DNA of 64,000 nucleotides from Candidatus Bathyarchaeota archaeon (GTDB lineage: Archaea > Thermoproteota > Bathyarchaeia > Bathyarchaeales > Bathycorpusculaceae), in contig CAWHXY010000007.1 of NCBI GenBank assembly GCA_963833575.1, positions 1 through 64,000 on the forward strand, given 5' to 3'. The stretch's first letter is position 1; the number at the start of each line of letters is the position of its first letter. Below are positions 47,997 through 58,084 of the stretch, one piece after another. A program made the position numbers and the translations under genes. Under the pieces are notes generated by a model. The model did not search any database. It worked only from the letters and a program-made list of their open reading frames with translations, and was not told the origin of the DNA.

Positions 47997-48398
47997 ACCT
48001 TCGGCCAAAGTTTTTTTGTCATATCCTGCCTAAATTGGCTTGTGCGCTCTTATTTTTTTCTAAAGGTGCAATGAGGTTCTTTTTGCATCATGTAACTGCG
48101 CTTCTCAAACAGACGCTGGTACATTAAACCCGTGCAAACTTACCCCGTCTTAAGTTCCAATTATATGCACACAGGGAGATTTTAAGCGTCGTTATTTGTG
48201 ACTATAAAAATAAAATAGAGAATAGGACACTGATATGGCTTTTTTTAGTCTCAAAAAAGTTTTCAGTTCTTATTGGATTAACATTTATTTTTAAAATGTT
48301 TAAGTGGAATTTTGCGAGGTTAACAATAATCGTTGCATCAGGAAAATAAGTAAGAAAAAGTTTGGTGTACTTTAGATTTCTTTATTGAGGTTAACCGA

Positions 48399-48704
48399 AT
48401 GAAGCCAAGTTTATTTTTATTCAAAAGAGATGTTGGAAGGACAATTGAAAATCCGAAAACTGTAGTTCATTTTGTAATTGTGGATTCAGAGACACCTGAA
48501 GATTATCCTTTGAATTTTGTTTGTGTGCTCCCAAATGTTCAGGGTTTAGTTAATGGTCATACCACTTTTAGTAGACTCTTTGGTAAAGATAGTGTGCCGA
48601 TAGCCAAAAAACTGTTAGCTAAGGCATTGAAAAAAGAGAGTGATTTAGAAATTAAATTGCAAGTTGGGCAACGTTTGAAAATGATTGTTCAAAGCCGTAT
48701 CTGA
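48399..48704 (+). CDS. Hypothetical protein
   Basis: ATG after GAGGT; plausible composition. Confidence 0.65.
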   Translation: MKPSLFLFKRDVGRTIENPKTVVHFVIVDSETPEDYPLNFVCVLPNVQGLVNGHTTFSRLFGKDSVPIAKKLLAKALKKESDLEIKLQVGQRLKMIVQSRI

Positions 48705-48934
48705 ATGTTTTTAATTCGCTATTGAAAATTCAACTTCTCATTCTCTGGGCTTAGTTCTCAATTATTTCGGCCCATAGAACGGGCGTAATGCTTACGCGTT
48801 ATATCTAAAAGAAAAATGTCATCTAAACCTTCTGATTCTTTAATGATTTTTTTTGAAGAGTGGCACATATAATGAAAAAGGTGAACAATCATCCATGGAA
48901 TTTACTCCTGCAATACCCAATTAAGTTTTGGAGA

Positions 48935-49360
48935 CTAGATGTCCCAAAGAGACAGCCCAGTTACGGTATCATTTTTTCGTACAAGTTTTCCTCCCAATAG
49001 TTCAGTTAGGTAAACTTCGGCAGCGAAAACTTTTCCCTCAAGCAGATGTCCAGCTTTCGTGTTGCCATTATGATCAGCTAAAACTATGTGGGCATGAACA
49101 AAGGGCTGGCTGTCTTTAATGGAAATGTTGCCCATGCAACTTGCAATCTCTTGCGGCGCCAAAAGTAAAGTCTCCAAGTATTCATGTTTTTCTTGATCAT
49201 AAAATCCAAGCTTCGCGCATTTCAAAGCGCCAATTACTGTGAAGCTTGCGGTCATAATTGCATTCTCTTTTGCGAATTCAGTTAAGGCCTTCATTATTTC
49301 TGAATCATGTATAGCCCGAACAAGAAAAACCCGCCCAACCTCTAATTTACTAAAACTCAT
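48935..49360 (-). CDS. PPC/DUF296 (AF0104-like) protein
   Basis: IGAL, EIASCMGNIS, HAHIVL, AGHL motifs. Confidence 0.9.
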   Translation of the reverse strand: MSFSKLEVGRVFLVRAIHDSEIMKALTEFAKENAIMTASFTVIGALKCAKLGFYDQEKHEYLETLLLAPQEIASCMGNISIKDSQPFVHAHIVLADHNGNTKAGHLLEGKVFAAEVYLTELLGGKLVRKNDTVTGLSLWDI

Positions 49361-49460
49361 TTTTATTTCTCCTTAATTCAAGATATGTTTGCTTAATTAT
49401 TTATTTTGAAATCGGTAAGTTATTTGTGCATACTACTTCGTGCTTCTCCAAGCTCTCTTG

Positions 49461-49652
49461 AACTCGTCCATTAGTAGTCTCAAAGACGGACAGGATCTTG
49501 TTTTAGGTGTACAATCATGGATACTTCGATGTTCCTCGTAGAATTACCACTGAGAAAACTTGCTGGGACGCTTAATCTGGTGAAGTCAATGTATCTGTAC
49601 ATGTATGGATGGCCGAACGAAGCTTGCTGTAGAGATGCTGAGCGAATTCTAA
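49461..49652 (+). pseudogene. Frameshifted HTH-10 (Bat-type) regulator remnant
   Basis: Across several frames: SSLKDGQ / VYNHGYFDVPRRITTEK / LAGTLNLVKS / VSVHVWMAERSLL, matching the GYFDxPR..T.EELA...STLS.HLR.AE signature. Confidence 0.7.
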
Positions 49653-49660
49653 TTCTATGA

Positions 49661-50761
49661 TTATTGTGTTACTGAGTGGTACCAGCTGATTATGTATTCT
49701 GGTAGGTTTAGTCCTCTTTGGCCTAGTCGTTCAGCTAATTTTACTGGAACTGGACTCAGTACGTATGCTGCTCTGGTGTAGAAGCGTCTTGGCGTAAGCG
49801 GTTTTGCTTCTTCTGGAAGGATAATTTTTAAGTCAGCTTTTTTGGCCAAAGTAGATTCAGCTGAAGTTGTCATTGCAAATACTGTTCCTGCAAATTTTTT
49901 GATCACGTCTGCCCATATGATGACGGGTCTTGTTTCGCCAGAGTATGATAGGAGGATTTCAAGGTCTCCTGCTCTTGGATGTGGAGTGTTGACTCCTCTT
50001 GTTATGTAGACGTTATCGCCTAGGAAGCTTTTGATGTGGAAGAGTCTGACGCCTGTCATTTTGGCGATTTCGTTTGCTGTGCCTTTTCCGCCTAAGAAAA
50101 CGTTGGTTCGTTTTTCAAGTACATCTACGAGTTGCGTGTAAGTGTCTGAAGTAACGTTTGAATCTATCATTTCGCCAATTTTTTCAAATTCTTCAACGCA
50201 AAGTCGAAAAACATCGTCAACCTCAAGATTTCGGAAAATAGCTTCAATCATGCTATTCAAAAGTTCAAGAGTGCCTAACTCAAAAATGTCGCCCATCATT
50301 CCTGTTTCACTATATTCAGTGCCCGGCTTCGATTTTCCCCGTCCTTTAAGTTCAACTACGTTGCCATATTTGCTTACTATTTCCCCTAAAGGCGAATTAA
50401 TTGCAGAAGTGAAAAGACCCATCGAAAACTTGGTTGATTTCTTTTCTTCAATATACTTAGCTAAATCTTGAGCCATAACTAATGGGTCATCTGAGTAGCC
50501 GCTGCCAGAATTTATTAAAAGCAAGGTTTTCTTGTAGCGTCTTGAAAGATCCGCTGCTGCATCATACATGCTTTTTCCGGGGAAACCTGGGTCGTCAGGA
50601 GTTAAAACCACTTTGTTTCTCCAGCCAACTTGGCTCAACGCAATTTGGCTCAAAGCAGCGTTTAGCGAGTAAAGTGATCTGCCTGACCCACCGCATATCA
50701 CGCAATCAGCAGCTTTTAGTTCGTTATATAATGGTGAAAGTTCTTTATGTTTAATACTCAA
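49661..50761 (-). CDS. Tandem SIS-domain sugar isomerase (HxlB/PHI-like)
   Basis: GGSGRS, INSGSG, MGDIFELG and a second SIS domain LSYSGET; frame stays open upstream to about 50833. Confidence 0.75.
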   Translation of the reverse strand: MSIKHKELSPLYNELKAADCVICGGSGRSLYSLNAALSQIALSQVGWRNKVVLTPDDPGFPGKSMYDAAADLSRRYKKTLLLINSGSGYSDDPLVMAQDLAKYIEEKKSTKFSMGLFTSAINSPLGEIVSKYGNVVELKGRGKSKPGTEYSETGMMGDIFELGTLELLNSMIEAIFRNLEVDDVFRLCVEEFEKIGEMIDSNVTSDTYTQLVDVLEKRTNVFLGGKGTANEIAKMTGVRLFHIKSFLGDNVYITRGVNTPHPRAGDLEILLSYSGETRPVIIWADVIKKFAGTVFAMTTSAESTLAKKADLKIILPEEAKPLTPRRFYTRAAYVLSPVPVKLAERLGQRGLNLPEYIISWYHSVTQ

Positions 50762-50962
50762 AATGTTTTCTTGGATTTTATTAACATATCCGATGCTGCT
50801 GATTTTGCTTTTGATGGCAACCGCACCTTCAAGTCAAACATGATTTACTTATTCTCTATATTATCCTTGTGCTTGCTAGATTGTAAATAAATCAATTATC
50901 ACATTAATCGCTCAGCAGATTGTTGTCTTACGAAGATAATTCTTACAGTAATTCGAAAATGT

Positions 50963-51808
50963 CTACCTGCTTCTTTTGAACACTTGTTTAACGTCTTCAA
51001 GCTTTGATCCGAGGATCTCTATGTCATCGATGTTTCCTAGTCCTTTCTCGCCTGCTCTTCTGATGTGGCTAATTTCTTTTGGGTCAAATCCCATGATTCT
51101 AGCTCCAGTAGCGTCTGTTGCAACCACGTCTTTCCCCGCAATTATCAAATCCATTTTGACAGGCGTTCCATCGGTTGGGCCTCGACCTTCCATCGCCACG
51201 AAACCATCTATAACCGTCAAAGCAGGTTTAATTACAGAATTAATGTCCACTACAACGCTGCTAATTCCTCTGGCATGATATTTTGCTTTGAATTTGTCTG
51301 GCAAAAGACCAAACATGTTTTTCATGCCTAAAGTGACTTTTGTTGCCATATGAGTTTTAAGTTTTGCAGCGCTAATTACGGCTGATTCAGTTACGATTTT
51401 TGGGACGGTTATGCTTCCTAAGGTTTCGCATCCTGGGATGGGAATTTTGATTTTTTCTTTTTGATACCTTAAGTTTAGGAATTCGACGCCGTTTTGTTGG
51501 CACATTTCTTTCATGCCTGTGGCTTCATAGGCTTTGTCGGCGTTGGTCATAGTTGCGTCTGATTCCACAACATAGACTTCCACTCCGAGGGGTTTGAGTT
51601 TTTGTATTATTGCCTCAACTACTATCGGGTCGGTTGTTGCTCCTGATTCCCACGTTTTAGTAGATATGAAATTGACTTTTATGAGCGCCTTCTTATAACC
51701 AGAAAAACAAGATTCGTAATTTATCAAGTCAAGAGCCTTAAAAACGGGTTCATGCCCTCTTTCACCCTTCACAATTGCTACCGTCGATTTCTCCATCTGT
51801 AACACCAC
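50963..51808 (-). CDS. DUF362 family (putative Fe-S) protein
   Basis: LIKVNF, TTDP, KLKTH...TLGMKN.FG, MEGRGPTDG, DVVATD. Confidence 0.85.
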   Translation of the reverse strand: MVLQMEKSTVAIVKGERGHEPVFKALDLINYESCFSGYKKALIKVNFISTKTWESGATTDPIVVEAIIQKLKPLGVEVYVVESDATMTNADKAYEATGMKEMCQQNGVEFLNLRYQKEKIKIPIPGCETLGSITVPKIVTESAVISAAKLKTHMATKVTLGMKNMFGLLPDKFKAKYHARGISSVVVDINSVIKPALTVIDGFVAMEGRGPTDGTPVKMDLIIAGKDVVATDATGARIMGFDPKEISHIRRAGEKGLGNIDDIEILGSKLEDVKQVFKRSR

Positions 51809-51901
51809 ATTTTATCTGGGGCAATATCTCTCTTTAAGCTTTTCATACAAAAAAATAGGTAAATTCTTGTTCACTGATTTTTTATTATTAAAAATAACCG
51901 A

Positions 51902-52831
51902 CTATAGAAGAAGAGGAAGAATCAGAAATCCTGTAATGAGTCCGCCTGCTAATCCTAGCATGATTGGGAAGGGCAAGCCTGGGAAGATTCCTTTTCGTCC
52001 AAGCATGTAGAAGGTTATGATTGAACCTGCTAAGATACCGATTATCGCTACTATAGTTGGAAATATGCTTTGTGGAATGCCAAAAATCAAGGTTTGTGGA
52101 AAGCCGAAGATCATGGCTCCTGTTAGCATGGAGTAGAATACTAAGTCTCCTAGCCCCATCTGAATGTCTTTGAATGAGAAGCTTAAACCTTGTAGTTCAT
52201 CGAGGGCTGATCCTGATCCTGATGCTGATTGGGATTGAGCGATTTTTCCTACTGGACCTCGGTAAACCGCTATTACATCGTAGATTGCCAAGAAAATTAG
52301 AATTATGACTGCGCTGTAGAGTGGAATTGAGAAGCCAAAGAAAATGCCCAAGGCGCCGCCAACGGCGACCACTGCTACGTTTCGGGGTATGCTTCCAAAG
52401 CGGAAAATGGCAAGATCAAACAACACAGTGATGATTATTGAGAGGGGTATTAGTACAAAGATGCTCCAATCAGGTAAAGATGCGAAAATTGCTGACAAAT
52501 AAACAACCGACAACAGTAAAGATGCAGTTGTCATTGCAACAATTATTAATCCTTTAATGATTTTTTTGCTTTTCCGCTTAAGAAGAATATAGAACAAGGT
52601 CGCACTAATCGCGACGAGGATTACGAAGTAGATTGCGTTGCCAAATGGTGCTCCAGGTGTGCTTTCAGGAATAGGAGTAACTGGAATAGCATTTCCCTGT
52701 TGAGGAATTAGTAAGTAAGCGCAGCCTAAACCGAAAATAATGCTTGCCAGTATCGGTACTAAATAAACAATTTGAAATCTAAACTTATCTTGCTTATTAG
52801 CTTCAGTCACAGTTTTGTCTGGTTCGGTCAA
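51902..52831 (-). CDS. Presenilin/SPP-family GxGD intramembrane aspartyl protease
   Basis: AIYDVIAV, MGLGDLVFY, PGLP (PAL-equivalent), many TM helices. Confidence 0.88.
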   Translation of the reverse strand: MTEPDKTVTEANKQDKFRFQIVYLVPILASIIFGLGCAYLLIPQQGNAIPVTPIPESTPGAPFGNAIYFVILVAISATLFYILLKRKSKKIIKGLIIVAMTTASLLLSVVYLSAIFASLPDWSIFVLIPLSIIITVLFDLAIFRFGSIPRNVAVVAVGGALGIFFGFSIPLYSAVIILIFLAIYDVIAVYRGPVGKIAQSQSASGSGSALDELQGLSFSFKDIQMGLGDLVFYSMLTGAMIFGFPQTLIFGIPQSIFPTIVAIIGILAGSIITFYMLGRKGIFPGLPFPIMLGLAGGLITGFLILPLLL

Positions 52832-52836
52832 GTTGC

Positions 52837-53388
52837 TTACCCTAAATTGTTGATCGCTAATGAGGCTTGCAAATAACATTGGTCACACAATAAGCTTTGC
52901 TTTTTATCCGTGTCAAATATTGAGTTAGAAAAATGCATAACACAAAAAGTACTCTGACAATGTCGCAGGCCCAAGGTGTGCCCCAACTCGTGAATAGCCT
53001 CCTTAAGTGACCTCAACATAAAGACGGATATGTCTGCTTTTTCGCCGCAAAACTCAGGTCTTAGTCTCCAGAGTGAAATCAAAGCAGCTTTTCCAGGAGC
53101 GTAAGCTTCTCCAAATTCATAATTTAATCCTGAAGAAAAAATGTCCGCGTCAACCAATCCTAAAATTCGGTCGTATCTTTCGTTTTTAGTAGCAAAAACC
53201 CTGAGTTCGTTAAGTATCACGCTTGAACTGTATTGTTTCCGTTTTTTTTCAAAAGCTTTCCCAGGAACGGGCATAGCCTCGCTTATGACTGAGCAAATGG
53301 TATCAGGAAAAAGTTTAGCCAAACCCTGAGAAACCTCAAGCAGAGTCTCTGGAGCTATTTGGCCGATGGGTAAAATTCCAATCTTCAT
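52837..53388 (-). CDS. amzA: Archaemetzincin (M54 zinc metalloprotease)
   Basis: HELGHTLGLRHC....CVMHFSNS...D.K...C..C. Confidence 0.92.
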   Translation of the reverse strand: MKIGILPIGQIAPETLLEVSQGLAKLFPDTICSVISEAMPVPGKAFEKKRKQYSSSVILNELRVFATKNERYDRILGLVDADIFSSGLNYEFGEAYAPGKAALISLWRLRPEFCGEKADISVFMLRSLKEAIHELGHTLGLRHCQSTFCVMHFSNSIFDTDKKQSLLCDQCYLQASLAINNLG

Positions 53389-53397
53389 AGGGTCAGC

Positions 53398-54654
53398 CTA
53401 AATTTCGTAGGTTTCTCCAGTTCTCGGAGCAACTGCTTCTAAACCAAGCTCAGTTTTCGCCCAACTCGCCAACAATTCACAGTTACCTTCTGCTCCGTGA
53501 ACACAGAAAACTTTTGGTTTCCCTCCGAGACGACGCAACCCCTCTTTGAGTTGACTTGCTCCGCAGTGGGAAGAGAAATCAAAGTGGCGATACTGCGACT
53601 TAACCTTGCGCACTTTTCCATCAATCAAAGTGACACCTTTATCCATTAGCTGTTTGCCAGGAGTTCCAGGAATCTGATAGCTGACAAGAAAAATCGCGTT
53701 AGTCGCCTTCTTTGCGATTTTGGAAACATAGAATTGCGATGGACCGCCCTTCAGCATGCCTGCGGGTGAAATAACTAAGCCTGGATCTTTTGCTGCTCTT
53801 CTTCTGTCTCGCCAGCCATCAACCCAGTCGAGTGAGTTCATGGCATTCGTAAAAAGCCTTGGATCCCTTAGGAATTCTTTGTAATTCATCATTATTCTGC
53901 TAGCTTCGCGAGCCATACCATCCAAAACTATGGGGTATTCAAAATGGTTTGCTGCCAAAACACAAGCAATTTCTTGTGCACGTCCAACACCGAACGCTGG
54001 CACTAAAACAGTTCCGCCTCGTTCAACGACTTCAGTTGCTGCTTCAACAAAACTTTTTTCAAGTTCAGGCCGCAAAGTATGATCCTCGCTTGCATAAGTG
54101 CTCTCAGTGATAACGGCGTCGAAATCGCCGTAATCCATTGTTGCTCCTTTCAACATTTTGCTGTCCTCCATGTTGTAGTCGCCAGTGAAAAGAATCTTTT
54201 TACCATCTGCCTCAACTTGCACCTGAGCGCTTCCAGGTGTGTGACCCGCATCAAAAAGTTTAATCTTCATGTCGCCGACGGTTTCTTCAACACCAAAATC
54301 TATGTGCTTACTGTTATGCATCATGCTGTTAAGTTCAAGATATTCAAAAGGCAAGAAATAACTTGACAAATGAATAAAATCTGAAATCAGAACTTGAGTT
54401 AATTCCAAATTTAACTTGTTTGTGATTAATAGTTTTTTATCATTTATGTAGAAGATTGGTATTGCTCCGGAATGATCAAGGTGGCTATGAGTTAAAATCA
54501 CAGCATCCAATTCTTTTGGTGGAATATGCATCGGAAAACCTGGTTCACGATCAAGCATAACACCATAATCTAACACAACTTTAGTTTTTTCTGATTTAAC
54601 AGTTATACCAATTCTGCCAACTTCTCTAGCTCCACCTAAAAATCCAATTTGCAA
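53398..54654 (-). CDS. Beta-CASP ribonuclease (aCPSF2-like)
   Basis: FLGGAREVGR, THSHLDH, AGHTPGS, ESTY, PAFGVGRAQE, FSSH, VHG; no N-terminal KH domain. Confidence 0.88.
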   Translation of the reverse strand: MQIGFLGGAREVGRIGITVKSEKTKVVLDYGVMLDREPGFPMHIPPKELDAVILTHSHLDHSGAIPIFYINDKKLLITNKLNLELTQVLISDFIHLSSYFLPFEYLELNSMMHNSKHIDFGVEETVGDMKIKLFDAGHTPGSAQVQVEADGKKILFTGDYNMEDSKMLKGATMDYGDFDAVITESTYASEDHTLRPELEKSFVEAATEVVERGGTVLVPAFGVGRAQEIACVLAANHFEYPIVLDGMAREASRIMMNYKEFLRDPRLFTNAMNSLDWVDGWRDRRRAAKDPGLVISPAGMLKGGPSQFYVSKIAKKATNAIFLVSYQIPGTPGKQLMDKGVTLIDGKVRKVKSQYRHFDFSSHCGASQLKEGLRRLGGKPKVFCVHGAEGNCELLASWAKTELGLEAVAPRTGETYEI

Positions 54655-54707
54655 TTAGACCAATCCTTGTTATCAACAGTTAACGAATAAAAATTAACTA
54701 TGCTATT

Positions 54708-55313
54708 TTAAAAATGTATTGACCCTCTTCCAGACTGCGCAGATACAAAACCCTTCTTAATCGCCTTCAAAATCGAATCAATTTCCAAAGAGGCGTCGAT
54801 CTGATTGTAAACGCTAAACAATTCAGACATCTGATGTGCGTCACTTCCAGCTGTACCTGGCAAACCCATACTTTTAGCTAGCTCTTTAGCTTGACTATTT
54901 GCAGATGCTGAAGACCCACCGTTCTGTACCTCTATGGCGTCAATCTTGTAATTTCTTGCTAAGTCGCCCATTCCATATTCGCGGTAAGGGTGTGCAACGA
55001 CAGAGACTGCATCTATACTTTTTGCGTAATCAACCATAGCTTCAGGAGTCCAGGGACGCGGCGGCAATTCGTCCGTACCTATAATCACCATGTCACCCTG
55101 AGGCGTGCTAATCTCAACTCCAGGAATAATCAGGACATCGGGGTAAGCCGAAGCCAACTCAACAGTCGCCCTACAGCCTCGCACGCTATCGTGGTCGGTC
55201 ACAGCAGCAACTTTAATGAAACTATGAGCGACAAGCTGATCTACAAGAGTTTTTGGTTGAAGCGCAGAATCATGAGAATAAACAGTATGAATATGTAAGT
55301 CGGCTTGAATCAA
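54708..55313 (-). CDS. PHP-domain phosphoesterase
   Basis: DLHIHT, AVTDHD, PGVEIS, AHP, GSDAH. Confidence 0.9.
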   Translation of the reverse strand: MIQADLHIHTVYSHDSALQPKTLVDQLVAHSFIKVAAVTDHDSVRGCRATVELASAYPDVLIIPGVEISTPQGDMVIIGTDELPPRPWTPEAMVDYAKSIDAVSVVAHPYREYGMGDLARNYKIDAIEVQNGGSSASANSQAKELAKSMGLPGTAGSDAHQMSELFSVYNQIDASLEIDSILKAIKKGFVSAQSGRGSIHF

Positions 55314-55315
55314 GG

Positions 55316-56941
55316 TTATTCACCGAGCTGTTTCAGAAAAATGTTCTTTAAACGCTCTAAAATCTCTTTGGTTCCTTTCACATTAGCATCAACACAATTA
55401 AACGCTAAACCACTTGTTCTACAGGAGGACCTGCAAGTTTTTTCAATTATTTCCTGCCAAAGGTTTGCATCATTTAGCAAAACTACACCTTCGTAATTCG
55501 TGCGTTTGATGTATTCTTGAATTTGGTTTGCCACATAATTCATAGTTTCAAAGTCAAGAGGCAAAGCCATTTCATGTTGGCTGAGCGGATAAACTTCGTC
55601 AAGCTCCAATGGAACAATGCCGAATGGAGCAGAATAAACGCATATGTGGATTTCTGAGGCAAGCTCTTTGCCTAAATTGCGGAGGAGCTGGCGGATTTTT
55701 TTGAATTCAGGTGCTTTATGGAATGGTTTATTTCTTGTTTGGGGTACAAGAAAAAGAACTTTAGCGTTTATGGGGGGGTTATATCGTTCGCGTAAGCGTT
55801 TTTGGTAGTGAGTGATTTCGGGGCGTGCAAGTCCCACAGAGTCGAAATAGAAGAACCCGCTGCACTTCACCGTTGGACTGTACTTTTCTAAGAAATCGGC
55901 GTGGTTTCGAAGTTTTTTGAGAGCAGAGAGCAATGCTGGGTGCCCATGAACCCGCATCTCTGTATGTTCCCACAGCCTGCCGTCTCGTATAGCCTGTTTA
56001 ATTCGCCGCATCTCAGCAGCACAGACGTAAAGATTATGTTCAGCTAAGAAAACCTCTTGTTCCTTCTTTGTTTTCTTCTCAAGTCCTCTTGGTGTTTCAG
56101 ATGCACATCGGGAGCACGAGCATGGGAAATAATCCATTTCTCCAAGCCGCCATGTTCCATTTTCAGTCATGTAACGGCCTTCCCGAGCATACAAAACATA
56201 AGCTGCTGAATCGAAAAGGTCACAGCCAAGCGCAACTGCCAGTGAAAACATAGCTGGGTGCCCAGCACCAAACAGATGCAATGGACGCTCAATCGGTAAA
56301 CCTTTTTTCGCGGTCAAGATCATGTCGGCTAAAACATCGTAGCGGTAGCTTTCCATAACTTCAGTTGGGCTTCCAAGCGCATGGATTTGGAAAGGCAGTT
56401 TTCCCATTTCAACAGCCGAACTGGCCACAAGGTCTAAGTGCCTTCCCCCCTGTACTGGACCAACCCATAAAATATCGTCACGTGTTTTAGTTTTAAAGAA
56501 ATCTTTAGCCCTTCGCAAAGTTTCAGCCACAGTTTCTTGCGCTTGTTCTTTAGTTACTTTCCAACCTGTAGGAATGTCAAGCATAGTGGCGACGTCGCTT
56601 CCGATGTTTTCTTGGTAAGCAACGATTTCTTTTTGGCTGACTTCAACTCCGCCGTAAACAAGGATTTGGTAGGCTCCTGAATCAGTCATTATTGCGCCTT
56701 CAAAATCAAGAAATTTATGTAAACCTTCTTCTGCAAGTTTATCTCCAAAACGTTTCTTGAGTATGTACGCGTTAGTTATGACTGCTTCAAAACCAAATGT
56801 TTCTTTCAGCTGTTTAGGTGTAACAAGCTGGATGCTGGGGTTAATTACTGGGTATAAGAGAGGGGTTTCCACTGTTCCACTTTTGGTTTTTAATTTTCCT
56901 ACTCTACCAAGCAAGTCTTTTTCTTTAATTTCGAAACTCAA
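55316..56941 (-). CDS. tgtA: Archaeosine tRNA-guanine(15) transglycosylase
   Basis: ETP, MTDSGAYQ, LDIPT, VQGG, HLFGAGHP, DLFDSAAY, CSCSRC...HNL. Confidence 0.93.
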   Translation of the reverse strand: MSFEIKEKDLLGRVGKLKTKSGTVETPLLYPVINPSIQLVTPKQLKETFGFEAVITNAYILKKRFGDKLAEEGLHKFLDFEGAIMTDSGAYQILVYGGVEVSQKEIVAYQENIGSDVATMLDIPTGWKVTKEQAQETVAETLRRAKDFFKTKTRDDILWVGPVQGGRHLDLVASSAVEMGKLPFQIHALGSPTEVMESYRYDVLADMILTAKKGLPIERPLHLFGAGHPAMFSLAVALGCDLFDSAAYVLYAREGRYMTENGTWRLGEMDYFPCSCSRCASETPRGLEKKTKKEQEVFLAEHNLYVCAAEMRRIKQAIRDGRLWEHTEMRVHGHPALLSALKKLRNHADFLEKYSPTVKCSGFFYFDSVGLARPEITHYQKRLRERYNPPINAKVLFLVPQTRNKPFHKAPEFKKIRQLLRNLGKELASEIHICVYSAPFGIVPLELDEVYPLSQHEMALPLDFETMNYVANQIQEYIKRTNYEGVVLLNDANLWQEIIEKTCRSSCRTSGLAFNCVDANVKGTKEILERLKNIFLKQLGE

Positions 56942-57138
56942 AGCTGAAGCCTAAACAAGATGGTCTACTCGGTTATAAAAAACACTAGCCTGGGATACTG
57001 TTAAGTTACATATGATGTCATGGTGGATAGTAATTGTGTTGTACAACTTGTTGTAGTGGTATTTCAAGCACAAAGGTTTAAAAAGCAATTATTATCACTG
57101 TTTATGTTGAACGAAATAAAGAGGGTGTGTGTGGTTGT

Positions 57139-57252
57139 ATGAGCAAAATTACTAGTGTTGTTTCTAAATGGATATATCACATTACTACTCAACAGCTAGA
57201 CCGTGTTGTTAATAAAAATAAGCAAGTTTTTGACGAACTAGCTAAACAATAA
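57139..57252 (+). CDS. 37-aa putative antitoxin peptide (not in ORF track)
   Basis: MSKITSVVSKWIYHITTQQLDRVVNKNKQVFDELAKQ*, 27 bp upstream of the Doc gene; G-rich SD. Confidence 0.5.
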   Translation: MSKITSVVSKWIYHITTQQLDRVVNKNKQVFDELAKQ

Positions 57253-57279
57253 AATACTAAATAAAACTATTATTTTTCT

Positions 57280-57855
57280 ATGGTTATAGCTATAAACGAA
57301 AGAATAGTTGTCATTGTGCATAATTATGTTGTCCGGAAACTAGTTGCTGTTGATGGTGTGTTATTTCCAGCAACAATTTCTGGACCTATTAACAGAATAT
57401 TCTCCAAAACATATGGAGAAAAATACGTAGGTGCAAAAGAAAAAGCTGGGGCAATTCTATATTCTATTGTACACGGGCATTCTTTTGCGGATGGAAATAA
57501 AAGAACTGGGCTTCTAACAACATGTCTTTTCTTGGTATACAACGGTTATGCTCTACATGTACCGCCTGACACAGCAAGATTTTTGGAAAAAATGGCTGAT
57601 GCTTTAGACCCCACCGCACCATTAGAAATTGATGCAATAAATTGGATTAAGAAAAACACGAAAATGGACTTTGGAAGCATAACCATTAATTTGTTGCTGA
57701 TTCTTTTTTGCAAAGCTCAAGGTATAGGTCTTATTGAAGCAGTAACTCCAGGTATGCTTGAAAATTCGATACCTTATATAAACAAAGAAGAACTCACGGA
57801 CACAGCTTTAAAGAAAGCACACATGAACCAAGAAAGTATATGTGAAAAAACTTAA
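57280..57855 (+). CDS. Fic/Doc family toxin
   Basis: EKAGAILYSIVHGHSFADGNKRTG (Doc-type HxFxDGNKR). Confidence 0.88.
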   Translation: MVIAINERIVVIVHNYVVRKLVAVDGVLFPATISGPINRIFSKTYGEKYVGAKEKAGAILYSIVHGHSFADGNKRTGLLTTCLFLVYNGYALHVPPDTARFLEKMADALDPTAPLEIDAINWIKKNTKMDFGSITINLLLILFCKAQGIGLIEAVTPGMLENSIPYINKEELTDTALKKAHMNQESICEKT

Positions 57856-58084
57856 AGTGATCATTATTTGATTCTAATCTTATCTTTGATCCTTGCTTCA
57901 TATTCTCTCTTCTGTGATGATGCCCATTTCAGCATTAAAGTTGACAAAGAAAGAAATGTTGTTTGGCCGGAAAATAACTTGGATATAATAACTTGAACAT
58001 AAAAAAACCTCATTTCTTTTTTTGAGATATTGGGTAACTTAATAGTATATATCCTGGAAAAACTATGAAGCCAAGCAATTGGAA

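Noticed and set aside
48782-48809. dif-like site (ttatatctaaa arm)
   Set aside because: Only one arm matches; no partner arm at 6-bp spacing. The same applies to ttggatataa near 57980.
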